This document shows, piece by piece, positions 9,187-18,491 of a stretch of 64,000 nt of DNA. The DNA comes from Thermoplasmata archaeon (GTDB lineage: Archaea; Thermoplasmatota; Thermoplasmata; Lutacidiplasmatales; UBA184): NCBI GenBank assembly GCA_035507575.1, contig DATJNY010000023.1, positions 39 to 64,038 of the forward strand. Reading direction: 5' to 3'. Each line of letters starts with the position of its first letter. The first letter of the stretch is position 1. A program made the translations under genes and the position numbers. The notes under the pieces are model-generated. The model worked only from the letters and a program-made list of their open reading frames with translations. It was not told the origin of the DNA and did not search any database.

Positions 9187-9950
9187 ACCCCTCGCATTCG
9201 TCCGCGCGACGGCGGTCCCGCGATGCCCGAGCGACCGCGGCGCGATTGCGCGGGCTGCGCCGTCGGCGTCGGCCCGACGTCGAGCCGCCGGTGGTCCTGG
9301 CGAGCGTTCGGTTCCGGGTGCCGGAGTCGAACTGGATCGGGGTCTTCTCCCGACGTCACCCCGAGCTGCGGCTCGAGTACCTCAGCTTCGCCGAGCTCGA
9401 CGCCCATCGCAGCGTCGCGGACCTCTGGATCGGGGGCGGACCTCCCGGCGGATGGGCCGCGGAGCTCCGCCGCTTCGACCAGGTCGACCGGGTCGACGCG
9501 CTCGCGGAGGTCGGGGGCGGTTGCCTCTATCGGCTCATCTTCCGGAATCCCCCGATCGTCTACCTCTATCGCCGGCTGGGCGTGCCCCTGCCGTTGCCGA
9601 TCTGGGTGCAGGCCGGGAGCGTCCGCTGGGAGGTGGTCGCCCGCGCGCCCGAGTACGCGCGGATCCTCGAGTTCGGCCGCTCGATCGACCCCAAGTTCCG
9701 GGTCGTCGCGGTCCGCCGCGGTCCGCTTCCCGGACACCTCCCCACCCTCACCCCGGGACAGCGCCGGGTCCTCTCGGCCGCGCTCGCGGCCGGGTACTTC
9801 GAGTCCCCCCGCCGGGTGACCCTCGGGGAGCTCGCCCGCTCCCTGAAGCGGAGCCGCTCCGCCCTGTCCGAAACGATCGCGATCATCGAGGAGCGGCTCC
9901 TCGATTCCGCGCTCGGCGGCCGGATCTTCGGGCCGTCCCCGACGGGTTAG
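9183..9950 (+). CDS. HTH_10 transcriptional regulator (tandem paralog)
   Basis: ATG overlaps the upstream TGA; LTPGQRRVLSAALAAGYFESPRRVTLGELARSL motif; N-terminal domain visibly homologous to the previous gene. Confidence 0.85.
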   Translation: MNPSHSSARRRSRDARATAARLRGLRRRRRPDVEPPVVLASVRFRVPESNWIGVFSRRHPELRLEYLSFAELDAHRSVADLWIGGGPPGGWAAELRRFDQVDRVDALAEVGGGCLYRLIFRNPPIVYLYRRLGVPLPLPIWVQAGSVRWEVVARAPEYARILEFGRSIDPKFRVVAVRRGPLPGHLPTLTPGQRRVLSAALAAGYFESPRRVTLGELARSLKRSRSALSETIAIIEERLLDSALGGRIFGPSPTG

Positions 9951-10056
9951 CCCCCCGCCCGTTCGGACCGGGCCGACCCGAACCCGTTCGGTTTCCCGAC
10001 CCCCTTCGGGATTCGCTCATCCCCGAAACGCCGTTCGTCGGCCTTCGAGGAAGCCG

Positions 10057-10758
10057 TTGGAGCCCGTCATGTTCCGCGCCCCGTCGTACCGCATCCGCGA
10101 CACCGACCCCGAGTCGATCCTGGTCTACGGCGGCGGGGAGACCCCGCTCGCCTACCTCGCGGTGGGCCTCGCCCAGCGCGTGCAGGCCGAGTTCGCGTGG
10201 GCGAATTGCGCCCCGCCGAACCCGCAGATCGAGCGCACCGTGCGGGACGTGATGGTCCGACACGCCGTCGCGGGTCGACTGGACCCGGTCCCTCCCCAGG
10301 AGCTCGAGCGCCAGCTCGTCCGGGCGGAGACGTTCAACGCGCTCGTCGCAACGACGATCTACCGGAACCTTCTGCTCGAATTGCTCCGATTGCCCGCGCT
10401 CCTGCAAGGGCTCGTGCCGTACCCGCCCGCGGACGGGCTCGGTCCGGCGCTCGTCCTCGCCGGGGTCGACGCACTGCCCGACGGCGTTCGGTCCGACTCG
10501 CTCGAGGACTTCCACCTCCACGAGACGCTGCATCGGGCGCGCCTGACGCTCGTCGTCACCTATCGCGGCACGCCGGCGCCGCGCCTCCAGCGCTCGTTCG
10601 ACCGGATCTTCGGCGTGGAGCAGGTCCCGGGCGCGAACTGGACCGACTCGCTCGTCTGGTCCGAACGCGGCCTCAAGGACGTCGATCTCCTGCAGCCGCA
10701 ATCCCTCCGCGACGCGTGGCGCCTGCTCGGGCTCGACGCGACCCTCCTCGAGCGCTAG
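10057..10758 (+). CDS. Hypothetical protein, probably a degenerate RecA/RAD55-fold protein
   Basis: Order of strands ILVYG, LVLAGVDAL, LTLVVTY, FDRIF mirrors RAD55 strands; no Walker A lysine. Confidence 0.6.
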   Translation: MEPVMFRAPSYRIRDTDPESILVYGGGETPLAYLAVGLAQRVQAEFAWANCAPPNPQIERTVRDVMVRHAVAGRLDPVPPQELERQLVRAETFNALVATTIYRNLLLELLRLPALLQGLVPYPPADGLGPALVLAGVDALPDGVRSDSLEDFHLHETLHRARLTLVVTYRGTPAPRLQRSFDRIFGVEQVPGANWTDSLVWSERGLKDVDLLQPQSLRDAWRLLGLDATLLER

Positions 10759-10764
10759 GGGGCG

Positions 10765-12810
10765 CTACCGCGGGGCCCGTCGCCGGAGCAGGACGACGAG
10801 CCCGATCGCCGCGACCGCGACGAGCGCCGCGATCCCGATCCAGAACCAGAGCGGAGCACCCCCCACCAGCGCGCCGAGCGGAGACCCCGGTCCCGGGGTG
10901 GCGACCGTCAGCGAGGTGGTCGCGTGCGCGCTCGCGCCGTCGGAATCGTTCACCCAGAGGTTGACGGTCGGCGTCCCCGTCGCGTTGTACAGGTGCGACG
11001 GCGCCGGGAGGTCGCTCGATCCCCCGTCCCCGAAGCGCCAGGAGTACGAGTACGGCCCCACGCCGCCCACGACCACGGCGTCGCAGGCGACGGGGTACGA
11101 CGTGTTCGCCGGGGAGGGGGCGCAGGAGATCGTGGCCGTCGGATCCGCGACCACCGTGACCGAGACCGACGCGTTCGCGTTGACCCCGTCCGCATCCGTC
11201 GCGGTGAGGTTCGCGAGGTACGTTCCCGGCGCCGAGTAGGCGTGGCTCGCATTCGCCCCGGTGCCGTTCGCGCCGTCGCCGAACGTCCACGCGTACGTGA
11301 GCGAGCCCGCGCCGGGGTCGGTGACGTTCGCGACGAAGTCAACCGCCACCGCCACGTCCCGCACGCTCGCGCCGACCTCGGCCCGCACGGCCGGTCCGTT
11401 CCCGACGTGGACCGACGCTCCGACCGCCGAGTTGACCTCGCCGACGCCGTCGGAGAGCGTGACGGCGCTCGCGAACGTTCCGGTGAGGAAGAACGCGTGG
11501 ACCGCGGGAACGGTTCCGTCCGCGTTCACGACGAGCTCGGAGAACGCCCCGTCGCCGAACGCCACGGCTAGGGAGAACGGGGCGGTTCCGTGGTCGACCG
11601 TGACCGAGAACGTCACCGCCTCGCTTGTCTCCGCCGAGGTCGTTGCGGGCGCGATCGTCACGGTGGGCGGGATCTCGAACGCCCAGGTGTCGTTCAGGTC
11701 GACGTTCCCCTCGCCCCCGACCACGAGGACGGTGTCGCCGCTCGGGTCGAGGCTCATCGCGAACCCCGCGCGCTCGGACGGGGCGGTCGCGGGGAACTGT
11801 TCGTCCCACTCCCCGCCCAAGAACTCCCAGGTGTCGTTCAAGAAGCCGACGGTGAAGTTGAGCCCCCCGAAGAGTACGAGCCCTCCGACCGTGCTGTCCC
11901 AGACCATCCCGAGGTCGGAGCGCGCCAAGGGACTCGAAGTCGTGCCGACGTACCACCACTGGTTCGCGTAGAATTCCCACGTCTGATTGACCTCCCCAGC
12001 GCACAGGATTCCCGCGCAGCCGCCGAACAGGACGACGGCGGAGGCGGCCGGGTCCCACGCCATCGCGGCGAATCCCACGGCCGGTGGAAAGGCCGACGGG
12101 GTGACCGATACCCATCCGGCCCACGACCGCCAGATCCAGGTGTCGTTGGAGCAGGTGACCCCGAGAAACTCCGGGACGCATCCTCCGTACAGCACCGAAC
12201 CGTTCTCGTCGGACGCGGGGTCGAACGCGAGACTCGCCCCGTACCGGGCCGAGGGAGCGGGACCGACGAACCCGAGGTTCGTCCAGATCCCGCCCGCGAA
12301 GAGCCAGGTGTCGTTGAGCGGGGTGTCGCCGTCCCCGAGGCCCCCGAACAACAGGATCCCTCCCATGTTCGCGTCGTAGTCCATGCTCGCGAACTCACGG
12401 GCCGGTGGGGAACCGGTGAGCGGCGTGACGTTCTCCCAGGATCCGTTCGCGAAGATCCACGTCTGGTTGCTCGGACATTCGCTGTCGAGACATCCGCCGA
12501 ACCAGACGGTGACGTGGTCCACAGGGTCGCTGGCCGAGCTCGCCCCATCCCCGATCGGCGGAGCCCCGGACGAGTTCGCTTGCGAAACGTTGACCCACGT
12601 CGGTGTGGCGAGAGCGGGACCCGGACGGAGAGGACCCGATCCCCCCGCGGATGCGGCCCCGCTCGCGACGGCCGGACGACCCGCCGCGCCGGTCGGCACG
12701 ACGACCCCGCCCGCGACGGGGAGTAGCGATACGATGATCCCGGCCGCCACGATCACGGCCAGCAGTACGCGCCAGCCGGCGCGAGAGGGAAGAGTCCGGG
12801 GATCGTGCAC
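10765..12810 (-). CDS. Secreted Kelch-repeat and PKD-domain surface protein
   Basis: Signal peptide; Kelch repeats (P..R....M.YD....LLFGG...NDTW); three PKD repeats (W.FGDG...H.Y...G); C-terminal TM followed by RRRAPR. Confidence 0.9.
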   Translation of the reverse strand: MHDPRTLPSRAGWRVLLAVIVAAGIIVSLLPVAGGVVVPTGAAGRPAVASGAASAGGSGPLRPGPALATPTWVNVSQANSSGAPPIGDGASSASDPVDHVTVWFGGCLDSECPSNQTWIFANGSWENVTPLTGSPPAREFASMDYDANMGGILLFGGLGDGDTPLNDTWLFAGGIWTNLGFVGPAPSARYGASLAFDPASDENGSVLYGGCVPEFLGVTCSNDTWIWRSWAGWVSVTPSAFPPAVGFAAMAWDPAASAVVLFGGCAGILCAGEVNQTWEFYANQWWYVGTTSSPLARSDLGMVWDSTVGGLVLFGGLNFTVGFLNDTWEFLGGEWDEQFPATAPSERAGFAMSLDPSGDTVLVVGGEGNVDLNDTWAFEIPPTVTIAPATTSAETSEAVTFSVTVDHGTAPFSLAVAFGDGAFSELVVNADGTVPAVHAFFLTGTFASAVTLSDGVGEVNSAVGASVHVGNGPAVRAEVGASVRDVAVAVDFVANVTDPGAGSLTYAWTFGDGANGTGANASHAYSAPGTYLANLTATDADGVNANASVSVTVVADPTATISCAPSPANTSYPVACDAVVVGGVGPYSYSWRFGDGGSSDLPAPSHLYNATGTPTVNLWVNDSDGASAHATTSLTVATPGPGSPLGALVGGAPLWFWIGIAALVAVAAIGLVVLLRRRAPR

Positions 12811-12817
12811 GGGGCCC

Positions 12818-15800
12818 TCACTCCCCCGGTCGCTCTTCGGGGCCCGCGGCGCCGCTCGCGCCGGGCGGCGGAGCCGCGGCCGGGCCGGGCGGGGGGGCCC
12901 CCGGCCCTCGGTCCGATGGGGGGCGCCGGCGCGTCACGACGGCCACCACCGCGAGCAGGACGACGACGACGGCGGCGGCGACCCCGAGATAGAGCGCATA
13001 ATCCGCGCTCGGCGACGACGAAACCGACGACGTGGGAGGGGTCCCCGGGCCTCGGACCGGCGGGAGCTGCGCGCCGATCTCGGCGAATTCGAGCGTGACG
13101 ATCGGGTCGGTCGACCCGCCCGCCGAGATCAGGGAGTAGACCAGGATCCCCCCGGCGAACTGAACGAGCCCGTACGCGCTCACGCCGAGCTCCGAGATCG
13201 TCGTGAGATTGGCGAACGTCCCGCCGGACTCGGTCCACCCTTCGATCCCGTCGGCGTCGCGGACGAAGACGTAGTAGGTGGAACCGCTCGCGATCGCCGC
13301 GGCGTCCGAGACCTCTCCGGGGAGGGAGAGCGTCGCGATCGCGGTGGAGGTCGACACGTCGTACAGGCCGAGCAGCGAGCCGTTGACGCCGCGATCGAGC
13401 AGGACGGCGACCGACGGGGCTCCGGCGACGTACTCCGCCGAGATCAAGTGACCGCCGATCGCCGGGACCCATCCGTACGTCACGGTCGTCCCGGTGGCGA
13501 GCTGGACGGTCGAGAAATTGCCGTCCACGGTTTCGACCGCGACGGTCCCGAGCGCCGGCCGCAAGGACTCGACCGTCCCCACTCCCGCGACACTCACGTT
13601 GCTCACTTCAGTCCCCGACGCGATGTCGAACTGCACGAGACGCTCGGGGGACGTCGGCCCGAGCAGGTAGGTCGTCGCGATCACCGCCGCGATCCGGGCC
13701 GTCCCGCCCGTCGCATCGACGACGTAGGACTGGACGAGCCCCCAATCGGTCCAGGTGGCGACCGGGCCCCAACTGCCGTTGGAGGGGTAGAACGTCGCTC
13801 CCTGGAGATCGAGCTGGGTGAGATCGGAGGGGCCCGCGACGGAGGTTTCGGAGAACGGCAGGGCGCTCCACACGACGTAGAGGTTCCCGTTCGGAAGGGT
13901 CGTGGCCACGGGATCCGAAGTGACGAAGTTCCCGACGTTCGGCTCCGGCACGTTGGTCAGCGCGTTCGTCGACGCGTTCAGATCGAGGGCGGAGACTTGG
14001 AGGCCCTCGGCGACGGTCTGCCCGACGTTGTCGTTCGTGTAGAACAGGTACGCCCCGCTGCTCGCCGCGCCGGCAGCCACGGACGTGTCGGGATAGATGT
14101 CGGCGACCGCCGGTCCGGACGACGACGAAGCGAGCCAGACGTTCTCGTCGTACCCGGCCCCGGCGTAGTATCGGACGTGGACGGTCCAGGTGGTGTTGGT
14201 CCCGTTATCGTAGCCGGGCACCGACTCCTCGGGGGCGAACGGAGAGGTCGGGACGGGGTTGGACCAGGAGTAGATCGTGCCGCTCGCGAGGTTCCACTGG
14301 TCGGACCAGAAGAGCGCGCTGACCGAGACGAAGATCGTGCCGTTGATCCAACCGTTCGTGATGTAGAGGCCGGTGTTGGTCGCGAACTCGAGCGCGACCG
14401 ACACCGATCCGCCGATCGCGACCGACGCAAAGCCGATCCCGAAGGAGACCGCGACGGAGAGGGGGAGGGTGAAGCTCCCGATGAACTGCTGGATCTTGAC
14501 CGCGATGCCCTGGATGAATTCATCGAACCCGGGGGTCGTCGGGGCGAGGATCATCCCGAGTGTGACCGAGGGATTGACGTTGATCTCGAGCGTGAACCCG
14601 ATCTTCACCCCCAGGATGTTGAACCCGTAGATCGGGACGGACGCTCCGAACTTGCCGGTGACGGTGATCGACGCCTGCGCGTTGTCCCACTTGACGGACG
14701 TGCCGGTGGCGCTCGCGGAGACGATGGTGAACGTGCCTTTGAGCGAGATCCCGGCGGTGATCCCGATGCTGACGATCCCGAGATTGATCGATGGCGGGGC
14801 CAGGGTGAGCGACCCCGCGAGGGAGATGTTCCCCTTCGACGTCGCCGTCAGCGAGACCGTGATCGACGGGATGAGGGAGACGTTGCCCTTCACGAACGGG
14901 AGGTTGATGTTGAACCCGAGCGCCTGGCTGAGCGACCACGCGAACGACTCGGAGATCGAGAACGAGCCGTTGAACGGACCGCTCGACTTCGTCGTGATCT
15001 TTTGGGTGACCTGCGGGAAGTCGATCATCGACTGCAGCCAATCGGGGGTCGCCACGACCTGGAACTTGTACGTCGCATTCAGCTCCCAGTTCCCCGCAAA
15101 CTCGGCGGTCGCCTGGATCACGTCCTGGCCCGCGGGGAGCGCGCCGATGTTGACGCTGACGTTCCACCAGGGCGAGGTCGACGACTCGTGGTGGAACGTG
15201 AGGGGTTCGCCGGCGATCGTCGCGCTCACGCTCGTGGCGGGGAGCCCCGCCACGAGCGCCAAGAGCCCGAACGTGTTCGTGAACGAAATGTTCGAGTAGA
15301 AGTAGGAAAGATACTGGGAGTAGATCGCCATCACCTCGGGCGGGCTGACGGTGAACGTCCAGTTGGCGGTCGCGTAGTCGGTCGCGTCTTCGACGTCCTT
15401 GACCTCCACGGTCAGACGGAAGACGTTGTAGCTCGTCTGCGCGGGCTCGCAGAGAACCTGTCCCTCACCGTTGGGACCGATCGGGGCGGCGATCGACGGG
15501 GTCGTGAGGTTACCGCAATCGGTGCCGGTGAGGGTGTTCGAGTTCTTGACGCCCGCAATGTGGGTGAACGAGTAGGTCAGATCTCCCGAGCCGCCGAACC
15601 CCGTCGTGGTGAACGGGACCAGGAACTGATCCGTCGCGCCGGTCATGATGTTCGAGGGGCCGGTGAGTTGGGCCTTGACGAACTCGAAGAACCTCCAGGT
15701 CTCGTTCAGTCCCCCGTCGGTGCCGTTGTACCCTCCGAAGATCTCGAAGTAATTGTCCGAGAAGTCGGCGGCGTACCCCATCATCGAGCGATTCGACGGA

Positions 15801-17164
15801 TCGCCGGAGTCCCCCGCGGACCGGAAGTTGAACGCCGAGCCCATTGGATTGGAGTAGAGCCACGTGTCGTTCAGGTACCCCTGGAATCCGGTGCACGTCG
15901 CCTCGTCGAGGGGTCCGATCCCTCCGTAGAGCGCGAACTGGTTGTTGCGGGGGCTCCATGCCAGTGCGGGGTTCACGCGACCGCAGGGCGGGAAGGTGCC
16001 GACGGTCTCGACGTCCGGTGCGGGAGACATGATGCAGCCCGGGATCGCCATCCCGCCCCACTTGCCGGCATGGAACCAGGCGCCGACCTCGGAGGGGCTG
16101 CACGCCCCGGACGCGTCGAGCAGCACGATCCCGTTGTTGGCTCCGCCGTACATCATCAGGTAGCCCGTAGGGGAGTTGGCCAGCGCCGCACCGGCGCGCG
16201 CAAGCGGCGCCGTGCCGGCGGTGGTTGTGATGTTGGACCACGTCCCGTGGAAGGCCCAGGTGTCGCCGAGCGACGCACCCGACGATGTCGAGCCGCCGAA
16301 GAGCACGGCGTAATCGTCCGCCGAGTCCCAGACCATGGCGCTCTCGAATCGAGGCGAAGGGGCCGGCCCGGCTTGAGCCGTGAGATTCTGCCAGGTACCG
16401 TTCGCGAACAACCAGGTGTCGTTGAGGGCGATGTACGTGATCTCCGGGGAGAATCGGTACCCGCCGAAGAGCAGGATACCGTTGTCCGGGGGATAGTACG
16501 TCATCATCGCTCCGGCGCGCGGGGAGGGGCACGTCGCGACCGTGCAGCTCGAGTTCGAGATCAGCTGCGTCCAGGTGTTGCTCGCGTAGCCCCACGTGTC
16601 TTGATAGAACACCCAGGGACCGGCGTTGGGCTCCCCATAGCCACCGAACAGGAGAACGTCCTGTCCCCCCGGATAATAGCTCATCGATGAGAGGAAGCGC
16701 ACCGACGGAACCGATGTGCCGCCGGGCGGAACGATCTGCGTCCACGCGGACGGCGGGTCGCCGCCCTGCGGCGCCGAGGGGGAGGGGCGGGACGCCGCGG
16801 TCGGAGAGCACGCCGGATTCGTGCCGAGCAGGCAGAGCTGGGCGCGTTCCCCGGCCAACGTCGCGGGAGACGGTGCGGCGGCGGGCAAGGGCGCAAGCGT
16901 CGCGTCGGCGGCCGGGCCCGGAACGAGGGGAGCGGCCGCGAGCGAGGCCCAGGTCGGGGAGGGAACCCCCGAGACGAGGAGCATCGCCAGGACGAGGGTG
17001 ACGAGCGAACCCCAGGCCAGCCGGTGTCGAAGACGAGACCGTCGAAGGGGAGTTGGGCGTCCGGCCGTGGCGCTCGCCGTCAAAGGTCCCGCACGGACTC
17101 GAGCGTTCGCCCGGGCCCTGGACACTTCGGTCACGGTCGGGTCGGCGACGGCCTTCCGAGGCAT
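12818..17164 (-). CDS. Large secreted Kelch-repeat surface protein (about 1450 aa)
   Basis: Probable ATG at 17164 (MPRKAV) followed by a signal peptide; Kelch blades (LLFGG/DTW); long beta-rich middle and C-terminal regions; C-terminal TM followed by RRRP. The ORF-track extension to 18601 is antisense to a real gene. Confidence 0.85.
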   Translation of the reverse strand: MPRKAVADPTVTEVSRARANARVRAGPLTASATAGRPTPLRRSRLRHRLAWGSLVTLVLAMLLVSGVPSPTWASLAAAPLVPGPAADATLAPLPAAAPSPATLAGERAQLCLLGTNPACSPTAASRPSPSAPQGGDPPSAWTQIVPPGGTSVPSVRFLSSMSYYPGGQDVLLFGGYGEPNAGPWVFYQDTWGYASNTWTQLISNSSCTVATCPSPRAGAMMTYYPPDNGILLFGGYRFSPEITYIALNDTWLFANGTWQNLTAQAGPAPSPRFESAMVWDSADDYAVLFGGSTSSGASLGDTWAFHGTWSNITTTAGTAPLARAGAALANSPTGYLMMYGGANNGIVLLDASGACSPSEVGAWFHAGKWGGMAIPGCIMSPAPDVETVGTFPPCGRVNPALAWSPRNNQFALYGGIGPLDEATCTGFQGYLNDTWLYSNPMGSAFNFRSAGDSGDPSNRSMMGYAADFSDNYFEIFGGYNGTDGGLNETWRFFEFVKAQLTGPSNIMTGATDQFLVPFTTTGFGGSGDLTYSFTHIAGVKNSNTLTGTDCGNLTTPSIAAPIGPNGEGQVLCEPAQTSYNVFRLTVEVKDVEDATDYATANWTFTVSPPEVMAIYSQYLSYFYSNISFTNTFGLLALVAGLPATSVSATIAGEPLTFHHESSTSPWWNVSVNIGALPAGQDVIQATAEFAGNWELNATYKFQVVATPDWLQSMIDFPQVTQKITTKSSGPFNGSFSISESFAWSLSQALGFNINLPFVKGNVSLIPSITVSLTATSKGNISLAGSLTLAPPSINLGIVSIGITAGISLKGTFTIVSASATGTSVKWDNAQASITVTGKFGASVPIYGFNILGVKIGFTLEINVNPSVTLGMILAPTTPGFDEFIQGIAVKIQQFIGSFTLPLSVAVSFGIGFASVAIGGSVSVALEFATNTGLYITNGWINGTIFVSVSALFWSDQWNLASGTIYSWSNPVPTSPFAPEESVPGYDNGTNTTWTVHVRYYAGAGYDENVWLASSSSGPAVADIYPDTSVAAGAASSGAYLFYTNDNVGQTVAEGLQVSALDLNASTNALTNVPEPNVGNFVTSDPVATTLPNGNLYVVWSALPFSETSVAGPSDLTQLDLQGATFYPSNGSWGPVATWTDWGLVQSYVVDATGGTARIAAVIATTYLLGPTSPERLVQFDIASGTEVSNVSVAGVGTVESLRPALGTVAVETVDGNFSTVQLATGTTVTYGWVPAIGGHLISAEYVAGAPSVAVLLDRGVNGSLLGLYDVSTSTAIATLSLPGEVSDAAAIASGSTYYVFVRDADGIEGWTESGGTFANLTTISELGVSAYGLVQFAGGILVYSLISAGGSTDPIVTLEFAEIGAQLPPVRGPGTPPTSSVSSSPSADYALYLGVAAAVVVVLLAVVAVVTRRRPPSDRGPGAPPPGPAAAPPPGASGAAGPEERPGE

Positions 17165-17227
17165 AGACCCGCGTTCACTCGCTCTGACCAAAAGGGCCAA
17201 GAGACGGTAACCGGTCCGGCGTGGCCG

Positions 17228-18190
17228 ATGCCGGGGCACCGACTCGACTCCCTCGACATCCGCATCCTGCGAGAGCTCACCCAGGCCCAGACCGTTTTCC
17301 CGGCCCGCGTCGGCATGCAAGCGTCCTATCGGACGATTGCGCGGGCGGTCGGCGCCTCCTTCGGAACGGTGCGGAATCGGATCCGAACGATGTCGGAGGA
17401 GGGGGTCCTGAGGGGTTCGTCGACGTATCCGAGCCCCCGCCTGCTCGGCCTGCGTGCGGCATCCTACGCGGTGGAGGTCGGTCCACCCCGAACGAAGGCG
17501 GACGTCGTGGAGCAGTTGAGAGGCGTCGATGGGATGCTGTTCATCCAGAATTTCCGCGGCGCCCTCCTGGGGCTCGCTTTTGTCGCTCCGGAAGGGGCCC
17601 CCCCCGATCGCAAGCTCGACGAGATCGATCGGATCGTGGGAGGCCCCCGGGGCGTGCTGGGCACCGTCGCGTACCCTCCGTGCTCCGTCGCGCTCACGGA
17701 GACCGACCGAGCGCTTGTTCGGCGACTGGTCACTGGGTCGTTCGAGTCGTACCGACAGCTTTCGGCCGAGCTCCGGATTTCGGTGCGCACGATCAAGCGA
17801 CGTCTCTCTCGCCTGATCGATTCGAACGCGATTCTCTCGGTGCCCACCATGGACTATCGGGCGATCAGCGGAAACGTCCCTGCGGACCTCCTCGTCGCCT
17901 ACTCCGGGCCCGTTCCCCGCTCCGCCGCCGCACGGCGGATCCTCGAGCGCGTCGGCGAGTATCTGATCTACATGGGGATGTGGTCGGACCTCGAATTGTA
18001 CAGCCTGATCCTTCCACGGTTCTCGTTGGCCAACGAACTGGCGGACGAGATCGCTCGAGTTCCCGGTGTCGTGCACGCCCGGGTCGAGCTCGTCGATGAG
18101 CACATCGACCTCACGCGGAACCTGCGCCGCTTCTTGGATGCGCCGCTCCCCGTCTCCGGCGCGGTCCGCCGACGTGCGGCAGCCACCTAG
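17228..18190 (+). CDS. Tandem Lrp/AsnC-type winged-helix transcriptional regulator
   Basis: Two HTH units (LDSLDIRILREL..SYRTIARAVGAS..TVRNRI and LTETDRALVRRL..SYRQLSAELRISVRTIKRRL), each followed by a RAM-like domain. Confidence 0.85.
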   Translation: MPGHRLDSLDIRILRELTQAQTVFPARVGMQASYRTIARAVGASFGTVRNRIRTMSEEGVLRGSSTYPSPRLLGLRAASYAVEVGPPRTKADVVEQLRGVDGMLFIQNFRGALLGLAFVAPEGAPPDRKLDEIDRIVGGPRGVLGTVAYPPCSVALTETDRALVRRLVTGSFESYRQLSAELRISVRTIKRRLSRLIDSNAILSVPTMDYRAISGNVPADLLVAYSGPVPRSAAARRILERVGEYLIYMGMWSDLELYSLILPRFSLANELADEIARVPGVVHARVELVDEHIDLTRNLRRFLDAPLPVSGAVRRRAAAT

Positions 18191-18491
18191 CCGCGAGCCG
18201 AACCGCGTGAGCACGCTCCGATACGTCGGCACCGTCGTCGCCCCCCCGGCGAGTCGGGCACCCCGAGTCGACACAGCCCCCGCTCGAAGCCGATCGACAC
18301 CGCTCGTCGGGGCGAGCCCGCTCGTCGGAGGCGTCGCGAGGGCACGCGGCCCACCCCGTCGGCCTTCGGCGAAGGCCTTAGTGCGCGTGGGTGCTCGCCC
18401 GCGCCCAAGCGATGCCGAAGCGAACGCCAGCCCGAGCGGCGCCTTGCGATCTTCGGGGGCTGGGTCTCCTCCGACTCCCTCCGGGTGGCCC

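Noticed and set aside
12383-16690. 1435-aa plus-strand ORF
   Set aside because: Antisense shadow of the Kelch proteins, typical of high-GC DNA.
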